A DNA stretch of 64,000 nt from Glaucostegus cemiculus (taxonomy: Eukaryota): assembly GCA_976551045.1 (NCBI GenBank), contig CDPCPM010000107.1:7316001-7380000 (forward strand). The letters run 5' to 3'. Shown one piece after another: positions 1-11,251 of the stretch (positions are counted from its first letter, which is position 1; each line of letters begins with the position of its first letter). The notes beneath the pieces were generated by a model that saw only the letters and a program-made list of their open reading frames with translations, had not been told where the DNA came from and did not search any database. Both the position numbers and the translations under genes were made by a program.

Positions 1-544
1 GTAGAAGGAAACAGGTGTTTGCGTGAACAACCACATTTTGGATGCTCTTCCAAGTGGCAGATACTGTGGAACAAAGTGATGGAATTCACTTTGCTGCTAA
101 CCTGTAGAAGAACACAGGTATTTGCATGGACAGTCAACATACAAGGAGTTTTCAGGGTGAGAAAGTCACTACTGAGTAAGCCCTGAAGTGTCGTTTGAGT
201 TTCGAGTGGAACATTTGGATTTCGTGATTCCTCTCTAATCTCTCTCTATATCTATATTTTGTCTTCGGTGGACAGTGCTTGTGAAGAAGCCTTTATTCGT
301 GTCATCTTACGGCTTACTGAACTGAACTTTAAGACCTAATTCCTGGACTTGGAGTTTAGGAACTTGCCGCACACACACGACGAGTAGTTTTGGGGTTATA
401 GTTAAAGATTTTAACATATTATTGTGTACTAATATACTAACTTTTTATTCTTATTTTACGTGTTATCGGATGTAGTTATTAATAAAGTAGTTTTAACACT
501 GAAGTATGACTTGGTGTGCTTCTTTTGTTGCTGGTTTCGTAACA
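1..544 (+). mobile_element. 3' part of a probable LTR (solo LTR or end of an LTR retrotransposon) abutting a CR1 LINE
   Basis: Ends in TTCGTAACA (canonical ...CA LTR end), AATAAA at 481-486, internal ~35-bp direct repeats (1-35, 104-140). CR1 RT sequence (NYKPVGLTS) begins right after 544. Confidence 0.55.
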
Positions 545-2456
545 GTAACTACAAGCCAGTCGGCTTAACGTCTGTAGTCTGGAAAATGCTTGAAGCTATC
601 ATTGAGGAAGAAATAGCGAGACATCGAGATAGAAATGGTTCCATCAGGCAGACGCAGCATGGATTCAGGAAGGGCAGGTCCTGTTTGACAAACTTACTGG
701 AGTTCTTTGAGGATATAATGAGCGCAGTGGATAGAGGGGAACAGGTGGACGTTGTATACTTGGATTTCCAGAAGGCATTTGACAAGGTGCCACATAAAGA
801 TAAGGATGCATGGAGTTGGGGGTAATGTATTCGCATAGATAAAGGATTGGTTAACCAATAGAAGACAGAGAGTTGGGATAAGTGGGGGGTTTCTCTGGTT
901 GGAAATCAGTGGTGAGCAGGGTGCTGCAGGGGTTGGTGCTGGGCCCGCAACTATTCGCAATATACGTTAACGATTTGGAAGAGAGAACCAAGTGTAGCAT
1001 ATCTAAGTTTGCTGATAACACTAAATTGAATGGAAAAGCAAATTGTGCAGAGGATGTGGAGAGTCTGCAGAGGGATATAGATAAGCTAGGTGATTGGGCA
1101 AGGGTCTGGCAGATGGAGTACACTGTTGGTAAATGCAAGGTCATCCACTTTGGAAGGAAAAATAGATGGGATTGTTATTTAAATGGTTGCAGCATGCTGT
1201 TGTGCAGAGTAACTTGGGAGTGCTTGTGCCTGAATCACAAAAGGTTGGTTTGCAGGTAGAACAGGCTATCAAGAAGGCAAATTGAATGCTGGCCTTCATT
1301 GTTAGGGGGTTTGAATTTAAGAGCAGAGAGCTAATGCTGCAACTGTATAGGGTGCTGGTAAGGCTGCACCTGGAGCACTGCGTGCAGTTCTGGTCTCTTT
1401 TTTTATTTTACAACATTTATTCACTAAAAGCATACAAAACACTACAGAATGACAACCAGTGTCAATGGACTACATCTAATACAGAGAGAAAACTTGGCAA
1501 CAACACAACTACAGGAAAATAAGCACACTACTACAAGAAAACGCACGCAACACTAAACCCGTAACACGCGACACGTCAAAGAAGAATCGCGTCCACACCG
1601 TCCACGACACACGCGACCCCCACAGGGGCCCACCGTGTGCGGAACTCGACCAGGGTGCCCGCGGAAACCGCGTGCTCCCTCTCCAGGGACACCTGCGTGC
1701 GCACGTAAGCGCAGAAGACGGGCAGACAGGCCGACCGTCCGGAACCCTTGGCGGCCCGACGCCGCGTCCCGTGGATGGCCAGCTTGGCCATCCCCAGCAG
1801 GAGACTCACCAAGAGGTCTTCCGCACGCCCCGCCCCGTGCCGCACCGGGTGCCCGTAGATGAAAAGAGTCGGGCTGAAGTGTAACCAGAACTTCAGCAGC
1901 AGCCCCTTCAGGAGTTCTGGTCTCCTTACTTCAGGAAGGATATACTACCTTTGGAGGCGGTGCAGAGGTTGACCAGGTTGATCCCGGAGATGAGGGAGTT
2001 AGCCTATGAAGAGAAATTGAGTCACCTGGGACCATACTCGATGGAATTCAGAAGAATGAGAGGGGATCTTATAGAAACAAATAAAATTATGAAAGGGATA
2101 GATAAGATAGAGGCAGGAAGGTTGTTTCCACTGGTAGGTGAGACTAGAACTAGAGGACATAGCGTCAAGATTTGGGGGAGTAGATCTCGGACAGGGATGA
2201 AGAGAAACTGCTTTTCCCAGAGAGTAGTGAATCTGTAGAATTCTCTGCCCAAGGAAGCAGTAGAGGCTGCTTCATTAAATATATTCAAGACACAGTTAGA
2301 TAGATTTTTGCATAGTAAGGGAAATAAGGTTATGGGGAAAAAAGCAGGTAGGTGCACCTGAGTCCACAGCCAGATCAGCCATGATCTTATTGAATGGCGG
2401 AGCAGTCTCGACAGGCCAGATGGCCTCCTCCTGCTCCTACTTCTTATGTTCTTATG
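545..2456 (+). mobile_element. CR1/HER1-type LINE, degenerate RT plus 3' end, interrupted by a Tx1 insertion
   Basis: ORF fragments NYKPVGLTS, QHGFRKGRSCLTNLLEFF, YLDFQKAFDKVPH, SKFADNTKL, CVQFWS, RMRGDLIE, RNCFSQRVVNL; tail CTTATGTTCTTATG. Confidence 0.93.
1398..1912 (-). mobile_element. 5'-truncated Tx1/L1-clade LINE 3' end with poly(A) tail and 12-bp TSD
   Basis: TSD AGTTCTGGTCTC at 1386-1397 and 1913-1924; T-run with TTTATT at 1398-1407; ORF 1576..1845(-) DLLVSLLLGMAKLAIH...RTQVSLEREHAVSAGTLVEFRTRWAP resembles the Tx1 ORF2 C-terminus; CpG-rich. Confidence 0.85.
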
Positions 2457-2459
2457 TAA

Positions 2460-2650
2460 AAACACAGATGCTGGAAATCTAAAATCAAAAAACAGAAAAT
2501 GCTGGAAGTACTCATCAGGTCAGACCACATCTGTGGGAAGAGAAATAGTTACCGTTTCAGGTCGACAGCCCTTCAGCAGAACCACTCTGACTTCCTTCCC
2601 AAAGATGTGGCCTGACCTGCTGGGTGTTATCAACATTTTCTGTTTTTATT
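2460..2650. mobile_element. Penelope-like pLTR-derived inverted repeat element
   Basis: GATGCTGGAAATCT...CAGGTCAGACCACATCTGTGGGAAG pairs with CTTCCCAAAGATGTGGCCTGACCTG...CATTTTCTGTTTTT; hammerhead-like motif on the minus strand near 2548-2582. Confidence 0.65.
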
Positions 2651-2689
2651 ATACCATCAATCCCATTCCTTATGTCCTTACAACCTATT

Positions 2690-2910
2690 CTCTCTCACCT
2701 GCCCAATCACCCCTCCTCCCCACTAATTCTCCTCCCACCCCCTTAATTTATCGGACCTAATTAATCGAACAGCCAGCATGCCTTTGGGATGAGGGAGGAA
2801 AGCCAGAGAAACCCATGTAGTCACAGGGAAAGCTTGCAAAATCCATACGGACAACACCAGATGTCGGGATTGAACCTGGGCTGCTGGAGCTGTGAGGCAG
2901 CATCACTGTG
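2690..2910 (-). mobile_element. Degenerate tRNA-derived V-SINE/HE1-type SINE
   Basis: Reverse V-domain (GGGAGGAAAGCCAGAGAAACCCATGTAGTCACAGGGAA) and B-box-like GGGATTGAACC. Confidence 0.6.
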
Positions 2911-3344
2911 CCCCCACCAGGAGGGAACTGCAACTGAAGGCATGGTCAACAATGGTGGGGTGATAAAACTCAGGGATGGTCATGGTGTCAGAACTCGAGG
3001 AGTGCAGGTATGTGCGAAACTATAGGTTAGGAAAGATCACAGAGATATGGAGGAGTGAGGCCATTGAGGTATTGGGAAACAAGGACAAGAAACGTAGAAT
3101 TGTGGAGGTGCAAATAAAAACAGTGTCATTCAGAAAGCTCAGGATGTTGGGTAACAGGGCTTTCTGTAAGTTAGTACATTGGCACCAGAAACTTGAATAA
3201 CCTCAAGCTGATAAAGAGTAAAACAAGAGAGGACCGGCTTGAGGGAATAGAAGAAGGCATAGATAAGGATTTCAGCAGCAGATGAGGAGTGCCAAGAACA
3301 GAGCCAACAATGCATGGATAGGCTCTGAGACAGGGCAATAAAAG

Positions 3345-3660
3345 AAAATCAAAAATTGCAGATGCTGGAAATCTGAAATAAAAATGGTAAGTGCTGCAGA
3401 AATGTCACTTGGCATCTGTGGAAAGACAAACAGTTAACATTTCCCCATTTAACAGCTACATCACTTCACCCTATTATTGAAATTCCCTTTGTTCCGCCCA
3501 TTGGCCTCCCCCACTTTCTCTGCTACTTAGACTATTTTACTTTCTCTCTTTCTCAGTTCTGATAAAAGGTACCAGACCCGAAACGTTAACTGTTTCTCTT
3601 CCCACTGATGCTGTCTGGCCTGTTGAGATTTTTCCAGAATTATTTGCTTTTACTTCAGAG
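3345..3660. mobile_element. Penelope-like pLTR-derived inverted element containing a hammerhead-like motif
   Basis: GCAGATGCTGGAAATCTGAAATAAAA arm with an inverted partner arm; motif CAGTT CTGATAA AAGGT ACCAG ACCC GAA ACGT T AACTG at 3554-3592. Confidence 0.65.
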
Positions 3661-3699
3661 ATGCCTACCACTCTGACCATTCCGTATTCTACCTAATGC

Positions 3700-4003
3700 C
3701 TTCTTGGAGAAGATACAGGAGACTGAGAGCCCAGAAGAGCAGACTCAAGAACAGTTACCTCACCACTGCAATCAGACCTCAGAATCAATGACCTCTTTCG
3801 CACTCACTTCCCGGTGCATCTCATTTTGCACAACTTCAGTTGCACTGCTATATTTTGCACCATTCTGTTGTTTTTGCTCTCATCGCTGTACTTATTGTTG
3901 TATTCATTATTACCAAGTATACCGTTTACTCTGTGAGCTTCATATGAGCAAAGAATTTCATCGCACCCCAGAGCATGTGACGACAAAACTAATCTGAATC
4001 TGA
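3700..4003 (+). mobile_element. 3' fragment of a Rex1/Babar-type LINE
   Basis: GGAGAAGATACAGGAGACTGAGAGCC...AGACTCAAGAACAGTT (GRRYRRLRA..RLKNS-like) and an AATCTG tandem tail. Confidence 0.55.
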
Positions 4004-4554
4004 TACAGCACAAAGGTTGCAAATAGTTTGGTTCTGTTTCTGGCATTTATTGGGGAGCGGGTCTGAGTTGGTGGCTTGGGTCTTGCATCAGTGACAGGAA
4101 GCAAAGAGGATGGCTTCAATCTTCCCAACATTCAATCAAAGCGAGTTTTGGTTCATTCGGTTTTGTACGTCAGAAGTCACAGTGAGAGATGGAAAGAGCA
4201 AAAAGTGAGGTAGAGCCAGGTGTCATTAGTGGACACTGGAAACTGACACTGTGTTTATAGCTGAAGATAATTCTCAACCTAGCATTTAAAAGCCGTAGAG
4301 GTATCCTTCCCTATCTGTATAGCCTCCCTTAGTCCTACCCCAGCCCTTCTTCTCCCTTCAGCTCTGGCCTTCTGTGCATTCCTCTCATTGTCCCATCATT
4401 GTACCTTCAGTAGCCTCAGTGAAAAGCAATGAGTTTTCCTTTCTAAAGCTTTCACTTTCCCGCTTCTCATTCCTCTATCAAAACCGGTTTAACAGCAGCT
4501 TTGGTCACATATCAAACCATCAAATAAGCAAGAGTTTTCTGAAGAGGAAACCAA

Positions 4555-5738
4555 AAAGGTAGATGAGGGCAGGACAATAGATGTTGTCTATTTGGACTTT
4601 AGCAAAGGCCTTCAACAAGGTCCCGTAAGGTAGACTGGTCTGGAAGGTTAGGTCCCACGGAATCCAGGGAGAACTAGTTCGATGGATTCAAAACTGGCTT
4701 GAAGATAGGAAGCAGAGGGTGGAGGTTGAAGGTTGTTTCTCAGAAAAGGGGCTGGTGACTAGTGGTGTGCCGTGGAGTTGATGTTGGGCCCTTGTAATTC
4801 ATTATTTATATAAATGATTTGGATGTGAATGCACAAGGCTTGACCAGTAAGTTTGCAGATGACACAACATTAGCTGGCATTGTTAATAGTGGAGAAGGCT
4901 ATCGTAGATTACAGGGGGATCTTGATCCATTAGGGAAGTGGGCTGAAGAGTGGCAAATGGATTTCAACTTAGATAAGTGTGACGTAACTCATTTTGGAAA
5001 GTCAAACCAGTGTAGCACTTATTCTATGAATGGTAGGGGACTGGGGAGTGTAACAGAACAGAGGGACCAAAGAGTACAAGTGCATAGTTCATTGAAAGTG
5101 GTGTCACAGGTGGACAGGGTGGTGAAAAAGGCATTTAGCACGCTGGGCACTGAGTATAGGAATTGGGACATTATGTTGTAGTTGTACAAGTCGTTGGTGA
5201 AGCTGCACTTGGAGTACTGTGTACAGTTTTTGTCACCCCATTATGGGAATGACATGGTCAAACTGGAAAGAGTGCAGAAAAGATTTACGAGGATGTGGCC
5301 AGGACTAGAGGGCCTGAGTTACAGGGAGAGGTTGGCCAGGCTAGGTCTTTATTCCCTGGAGTGTAGGAGAATGAGGGGCAACATTATAGAGATGTATAAA
5401 ATGATGAGAGGCATAGATAGGATGGATGGTAGCAGTCTTTTCCCCAGGGTAGGGAAGTCCAAAACTAGGGGGCACAGGTTTAGGGTGAGAGGGGAAAGAT
5501 TTAAAAGGGGCCTGAGAGGCAATTCTTTCACACAGAGGGTGATGAGTATATGGAACAAGTTGCCAGAGGAAGTGGCTGAGGCAGGTACAATAGTGTTATT
5601 TAAGTGACTGTTGGATAGGGGCTTAGAGGGTTATGGGTTGAACGCAGGATATTGGGACGAGCGGGTGGGCACTATAGTAGGCATGGACTCATTGGGCCGA
5701 AGGGCCTGTATCCATGCTATATTGCCTTATGACTCTAC
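4555..5738 (+). mobile_element. CR1 LINE, 5'-truncated, degenerate RT plus 3' UTR
   Basis: SKFADDTTL, WAEEWQMDFNLDKC, LEYCVQF, LERVQKRFTRM, RMRGNIIE, FTQRVMSIWNKLP. Confidence 0.93.
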
Positions 5739-6453
5739 AATGCTTATTCACACAGATTACACAGAGAAACGCACTCTCTCTATTTACTACTGTAAAACAG
5801 AGCCATGTTGGGAAGGAAGATCCCAAACTTACATTCAGTCTGGTCTCATTTTGTGACAATTAATAATGAAGGACTTACAATTGCCCATTGTGACATTGCT
5901 AAATTTAATGGAGACGCAAACGCAGATACAGGGTCTCAACCCAAATCACTGATAATTCCTTCCCCACCCTCCCCCGACAGATGCTGCTCGGCCTGCTGAA
6001 CTCTTCCAGCAGTTTGTTTTATGTGGTCATCTTTTATATAGCAGTTTGCTGTCAGCTAAATACCCCAGAGATCATGCCAATCTCTACAGAGTCTCTGGGA
6101 TCTGTGTGAATACATTGAATGTCTTCATATTCAATCAGCTTGAATGATTGTTAAATCAGCAGAGTAATATCTGAATCATGAAGTCCCAGATAGAAGCATG
6201 AATTCAAGCCAAGTGAAGTGCAGAAAACAAAATAAAGGGGGTGGGTGAGAGGAGGGTGTTGGTGGAGGAAAGGGGGGAAGAGCTTAACAGAGAAATGTGA
6301 AGGACAGAAAGAAAAAAGTTCAATAATTGACTTATATTTTTTAATTCTCCAATAATAATTTTGACCTTATGGAATAAGGAATCATACTTGTGAAGGTTAA
6401 TATACAGAGAGATATTGGCAATAATAAAGTCTTGCTCTGTCGTTTATAGTCAA

Positions 6454-7293
6454 GCCAATATATAATAATCCTTTATAGATTTGGCTTTTTGTCTAATTTG
6501 GTTTCATTCAAGCCTACGGAGTCTAGGATCACGTTGACCATGGTTATACTGAAAGTTCAAATGGCCACATGAATTATTTGTCCCCCTATTCTTTTAAAAT
6601 TCTTAAAGTCCTGCTCAAAAGCCCACAAATGGGCACGTTCAGTGAAAACTCACCAAGGACTTTCAAGTTGTGCACTTGAAATTCCTTGATCTTCCAAGCT
6701 AGTTTGCTCACATCCAGGTGAATTGCACTTCAGTGCAACCTTGAAGAAACTCAAATATTTAAATCAGACTGTTGAAAATCAAGGAAAGAGTTAGTTATGT
6801 ATTTCGATGTAAATTGTGGTAAGTAGCTACAAAAATGAATGTAATGGGAGCAGCATCAATTACCTTTTACTGTTGCCACTTCTCCTTCTGGATGTGCCAT
6901 CCGTTGCATAGCAGTAGCAGAAGCACAAATGGGCATGCTAATTCTTTGCCCCAAGATAGTTACAGATAAATCCATGTGTGACACATCCCTAAGCACACGT
7001 GGGCAGAGTTGCCATCTAAAAAAGCAGACAGGCGAGTTAGAAATGCACTCTGCTCTCCGATGTACTTACCAGCAGCGCCAGGGGATGGGAAGAATCAGCC
7101 CAGATCTCAGTTCCCCAGAGCAAAGTTGTCAATGAGTAACAGCCTCAGCATTGAGGGATGATCTTGTGGGAATAAATGCAATGTAAAAGATAAAGAAAGA
7201 CAACATGGCTGAACGAGGAGAATTGTTTTTGCCAATATATAATAATCCTCTATAGATTTGCCTTTTGCCTAATTTGGTTTCACTCAAGCCTAC
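6454..7293 (+). repeat. ~64-bp direct repeat pair (6454-6517 and 7231-7293) flanking HAO1 exon 2
   Basis: GCCAATATATAATAATCCT.TATAGATTTG...CTAATTTGGTTTCA.TCAAGCCTAC occurs twice with few differences. Confidence 0.9.
6864..7015 (-). CDS. HAO1: Hydroxyacid oxidase 1 (glycolate oxidase), exon 2 (152 bp)
   Basis: Acceptor TTTTTTAG|A, donor G|GTAATT; translates (R)WQLCPRVLRDVSHMDLSVTILGQRISMPICASATAMQRMAHPEGEVATVK, matching HAO1 WKLYPRMLR...MPICVGATAMQRMAH; phase matches exon 1. Confidence 0.96.
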
Positions 7294-8493
7294 CTTATCA
7301 GGCTGTCATACACAGTTGGTTCAGTGTTATAATTGTTCTTTAGTGATGGCATGGTAATGTGCCAATAAGGACGATTGCTGCAGAGCTTGTGTGTAATTGT
7401 TACAGGGACATAGGCAGGTCAGCCAAAGCATAAAGAAAGCAAGTCAACCTTAGCAGCAACAGTTACGAATTTTAGTGTGACCCTTTTTCCACCCCACTGT
7501 CCCTTTCTTTTGAAATGGGGAGTTCCTCCTGCTCTTCCTGCAGGTGTAAACCTCTGGATAGTGAAGTTCTCCAATATTCATGACACTACCATAACACATG
7601 AGATTCTGTAGCTGACCAGTCTAACCTATTTAAAACCATGCGAGGAGTGTAAACATGTGTTTAATGAAGATCCTTGTGATCCTAAGGCTCTGAATGTCAC
7701 TCATTCATGCAGAGGTGATTTAATCCTAACATTCTTTGACATAACTAGCAGTAGGATAATACAAATATGTAATAATTAATTACTAGTAGAGTAATAGTGA
7801 AATAATTAATAATAATAATAAATGATAAATATTGTGAGAAATGGGTTGGTTGCTGTGTGGTGAAGGCAGTGAAACAACTACCTGGAAACCTGCCTCACAG
7901 CCATATGATTCTCCAAGGATCATTTCTGACCAGCAGCCTATTCATGCAAAGAATTTATTTCCTGTTAACAAATGCTGCTGACTGTTTCTCTGGTGTCTTG
8001 ATGTTTACATGTTTGCATTCAATGACCCCTTGCACACAGAGGAAGTCAGCCACTTCAGTGAACCCCTGATTCCTTTCTCTCTGGTGGATTATGCCAGAGA
8101 GGAGCAGCACGCTGCTGGTCCGATGGGCAATGTTGATGCTGGCAAACAGGACTTAATAACTTCCAGCAGCAGCGGTGTGATGTGAGCGAGCACTTGAGTA
8201 AAGGTCAGCAAAGTTAAACATGGCCATACTGCATCAAACTTCTGGTCGCACCTATAAATCAATACAATGACTAGATGTCCATCTGCTGATGCATTAACGT
8301 AACAGCATGCACATTGGTTCCTGAGCACTGTTAAACTAGTGGACTTTGGTTCATCAATTTCATGAGACATTAGGGAGAGTAAACAGTCACTGGCTGGTAG
8401 AGTAATGAACTCTGCCCTCCACTGGAGCTCCATAATTGGAATGTAATCTCAAACTCTCATCGGCAGCACCAGTCCCTGGCACAAGAGCGTTAG

Positions 8494-8752
8494 TCATAGA
8501 GTCACAGCACAGAAACAGGCCCCTCGGCCAAACTCGTCCATGTTGACCAAGGTGCCTTTCTGTGCTAGCTCCATTTGTCTGCATTTGGTCCATATCCCTC
8601 TAAACCTCTCCTATCCATAAACCTGTCCAAACATCTTTTAAATGTTTTAATTGTGCCCACCTCTACCACTTCCCCTGGCAGCTCGTTCCACATACCCATC
8701 ACTCTCTGCATTAAAAGCTTGCACCGCAGGTCTCCTTTAAATCATTACCCTC
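8494..8752 (-). mobile_element. CR1 LINE 3' fragment
   Basis: GTCATAGAGTCACAGCACAGAAACAGGCCC tail followed by the reverse CR1 3' UTR. Confidence 0.8.
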
Positions 8753-8851
8753 TGTCTTGCATTGAAGGCTTTAATTATGCTTTTTCTTCCAGGAGGAGGA
8801 GGAGTAGAAGGGTGAACTGATGTGAATTAGTTCTAAAGGAATGCAATAATA

Positions 8852-9260
8852 AGTAATGGGGTATTAGTAAGGCAGTGATAAGTAATAAGGGGTATTACTA
8901 TGGCAGTAAAAGGTAATAAGGGGATTGGTAAGGTAGTGATAAGTAATAAGGGGTATTACTATGGCAGTAAAAGGTAATAAGGGGTACTAGTAAGGTAGTG
9001 ATAAGTAATAAGGGGTATTAGTAAGGCAGTAATAAGTAATAGGGGGTGTTAGTAAGGCAGTAAAAAGTAATAAGGGGTATTAGTAAGGCAGTAATAAGTA
9101 ATAGGGGGTGTTAGTAAGGCAGTAAAAAGTAATAAGGAGTATTAGTAAGGCAGTAATAAGTAATAAGGGGGTATTACTATGGCAGTAAAAGGTAATAAGG
9201 AGTATTAGTAAGGTAGTGATAAGTAATAAGGGGTATTAGTAAGGCAGTAAAAAGTAATAA
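8852..9260. repeat. Minisatellite, ~31-bp unit, ~13 copies, with 62-bp higher-order pairing
   Basis: Unit GTAATAAGGGGTATTAGTAAGGCAGTAATAA; 9005-9066 and 9067-9128 are identical 62-mers. Confidence 0.95.
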
Positions 9261-11022
9261 AGAACAAGGGATAGAAATATGACTTTGGTCACAAGCACTA
9301 ATTGGGTTGCTCTTGTGCTCTCCTTTTCCCCATCAATATTGGGGGTGAGGCGGGTGGGGAGTAGAACAGCACTCTGGTGTTTGATGGTAGCAATCAAAGT
9401 TATTTCCTCCCACAAAAATTCTGCCAGGGTGGCAGCATTCAAGACTCACTGGATCAGAAGAAGCCCGAGCCAGGCAAGAAAACAAGGTAACAACACAGAG
9501 CAGAGCAATGTGAGAGATAAAGCTGAGCCATCAGGACTGGCAGCTGTTCAGCCAATGGAAGAACAGCCTTTGTGAAGCTCAGCATCTGAGACACGTTAGC
9601 AAAACGAAACAACAGGAAATGAAAAGAATATTGAAAAAGGGAAGAGTGGTGTTGTGCTAGGCTATATAAACTGCTCAGCTGTTTGTCACAAACACTTATT
9701 TATTCTCCATTAAATACACAAGGTCTAAAACATTGTGAGCTGCACGTTAAAGGCCTTTCCATTGGGTTAAATCCAGGGGCTGGGAGGGAAGAGATGACCA
9801 GGACTGGAGAGGTTTGGGGGAGTCAGGCAGGGATCAGGAGAGGGTGAAGCATGGTAAGTCTGACCAAGGAACAGTGAGGGAGGGGTAGATTTAATCGTCA
9901 GGGGGATGGGATGTGGTATGGATGGTCTTGGTTGCGGGGTTAAGAGGGAGCCTTGTTAGATATCTGAGATGAGCTTGGTTGTCTGGAAAAAGTGCACAAT
10001 CACTAGTTGGGGGTGAAATTGTTGGTCAAAGTGTGTTATTGACCAGGGGTGCTGCAACTAAAGACCAGGGGAGGGAGGTCAGTGGCCAGGTGGGTCAGTG
10101 GTTTGGAAAGGCTACAATTGGTTGTCAACAAATGGAGAAGCAATCCAATCTAGCCATGTTTGGAAGCAACATGGGTGGACATTCTTTGGCAAGGCAGATG
10201 GCATTGGGGAGAAGGTCAGTTAAGTACTTAGGTTAAAATGGAACTCCTCAAGTTGGATTCCCAGTGCAAGTTTGGGATCACTCAGATAGGAGTCCTTTAA
10301 ATCCCACAGAAGCAGACTTCAAGGTATGGGCCACATGCGTTTGAAAAGTGTGGAACTATCTGCCAGATGTGCATTGCTCACTGCTGGGCTCCCATTGCAT
10401 AAGGCCGGATTCTTTCCTGTGTTGAAGCATCGGAGACACAGAAGATCCAAAGTAAAAATCACAGACTCTGTACAAGTTGCATGAAGTTCCTGACCATTGA
10501 AACTGGATCGTGCAGCACTCAAAACCATGGCACTGTGCAGTCCAATGTCTGGACCCAGGTCTCTCTGTTTTACCATTTCTTAACAAGTTCGAATCATGGG
10601 AATCAAAACTGCATGCTACAACCGTACCTGTAAACTGGTGCAAATAACCCAGGATCTGAATTTTCCTTCTCATTCAATTGATTCCTTGATAGCTTCACGT
10701 AAAATCCCTCTGTACTCAATTTTGGCACAGCATTAGGCTACCTACAATAGCCTGTGCTCACGTTAAGAAAAGCTGACTGAGTAATATCATTTTATAAGTA
10801 GCACTTTAACACAGTAGTAACCTTTAGCCAAATAAGCTTCATGAAATGATTTTCAGAATTATTATCAGAACACAAAATTCAAATAAATTCACTGATCCGA
10901 TGTTTCCTGATGTTTGCAACTTCAGAGAATTGTTATCGATTTAACAGAGTAATACTTTTCCAAATACTATGAAAACCATCCTTTGAGATTAAATGCTGTC
11001 TATTTTCCTACTTCAAGAGTAC

Positions 11023-11159
11023 CTGGAGAAAGCAGCTACATTGTCCTTTAAGGTCTGTTGTTCATCTGCTCCTGAAGAGTAATAATCATAGACTGCTTTG
11101 GGTAGAAAGTCTTTTGCATGTTTTTCAAAATCATGAATGCACACTGGATTGCTGGACAT
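11023..11159 (-). CDS. HAO1: Hydroxyacid oxidase 1 (glycolate oxidase), coding part of exon 1 (137 bp)
   Basis: ATG at 11159; [45 protein letters not shown](R); donor AG|GTACTC; matches the HAO1 N-terminus (YDYY.SGA...TL.DN.AAFSR). Confidence 0.96.
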
Positions 11160-11217
11160 GATTTCTACTTTGACTTGTTCAGGAGTCAAAGGCAGTCAGT
11201 CAGTAACAACATGGCAT

Positions 11218-11251
11218 TGCACTTTGTTTATCCATGCGGTTAACATTTAAC
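11218..11251 (-). promoter_or_regulatory. Putative hepatic promoter module of HAO1 (HNF4-like, FOXA-like and HNF1-like sites)
   Basis: CAAAGTGCA (minus strand, 11218-11226), TGTTTAT (11225-11231) and GTTAACATTTAAC (11239-11251), 60-90 bp upstream of the ATG. Confidence 0.5.

Noticed and set aside
1-6863. HAO1 exon 3 (MMLSSW...WLQLY)
   Set aside because: No matching translation on the minus strand; it probably lies before base 1.
8089-8433. 114-aa minus-strand ORF in HAO1 intron 1
   Set aside because: No similarity to HAO1 or any family I recognise; HAO1 exons 1 and 2 join in frame without it.
8852-9260. CRISPR-like array
   Set aside because: Contiguous tandem units with no unique spacers, in eukaryotic intronic context.
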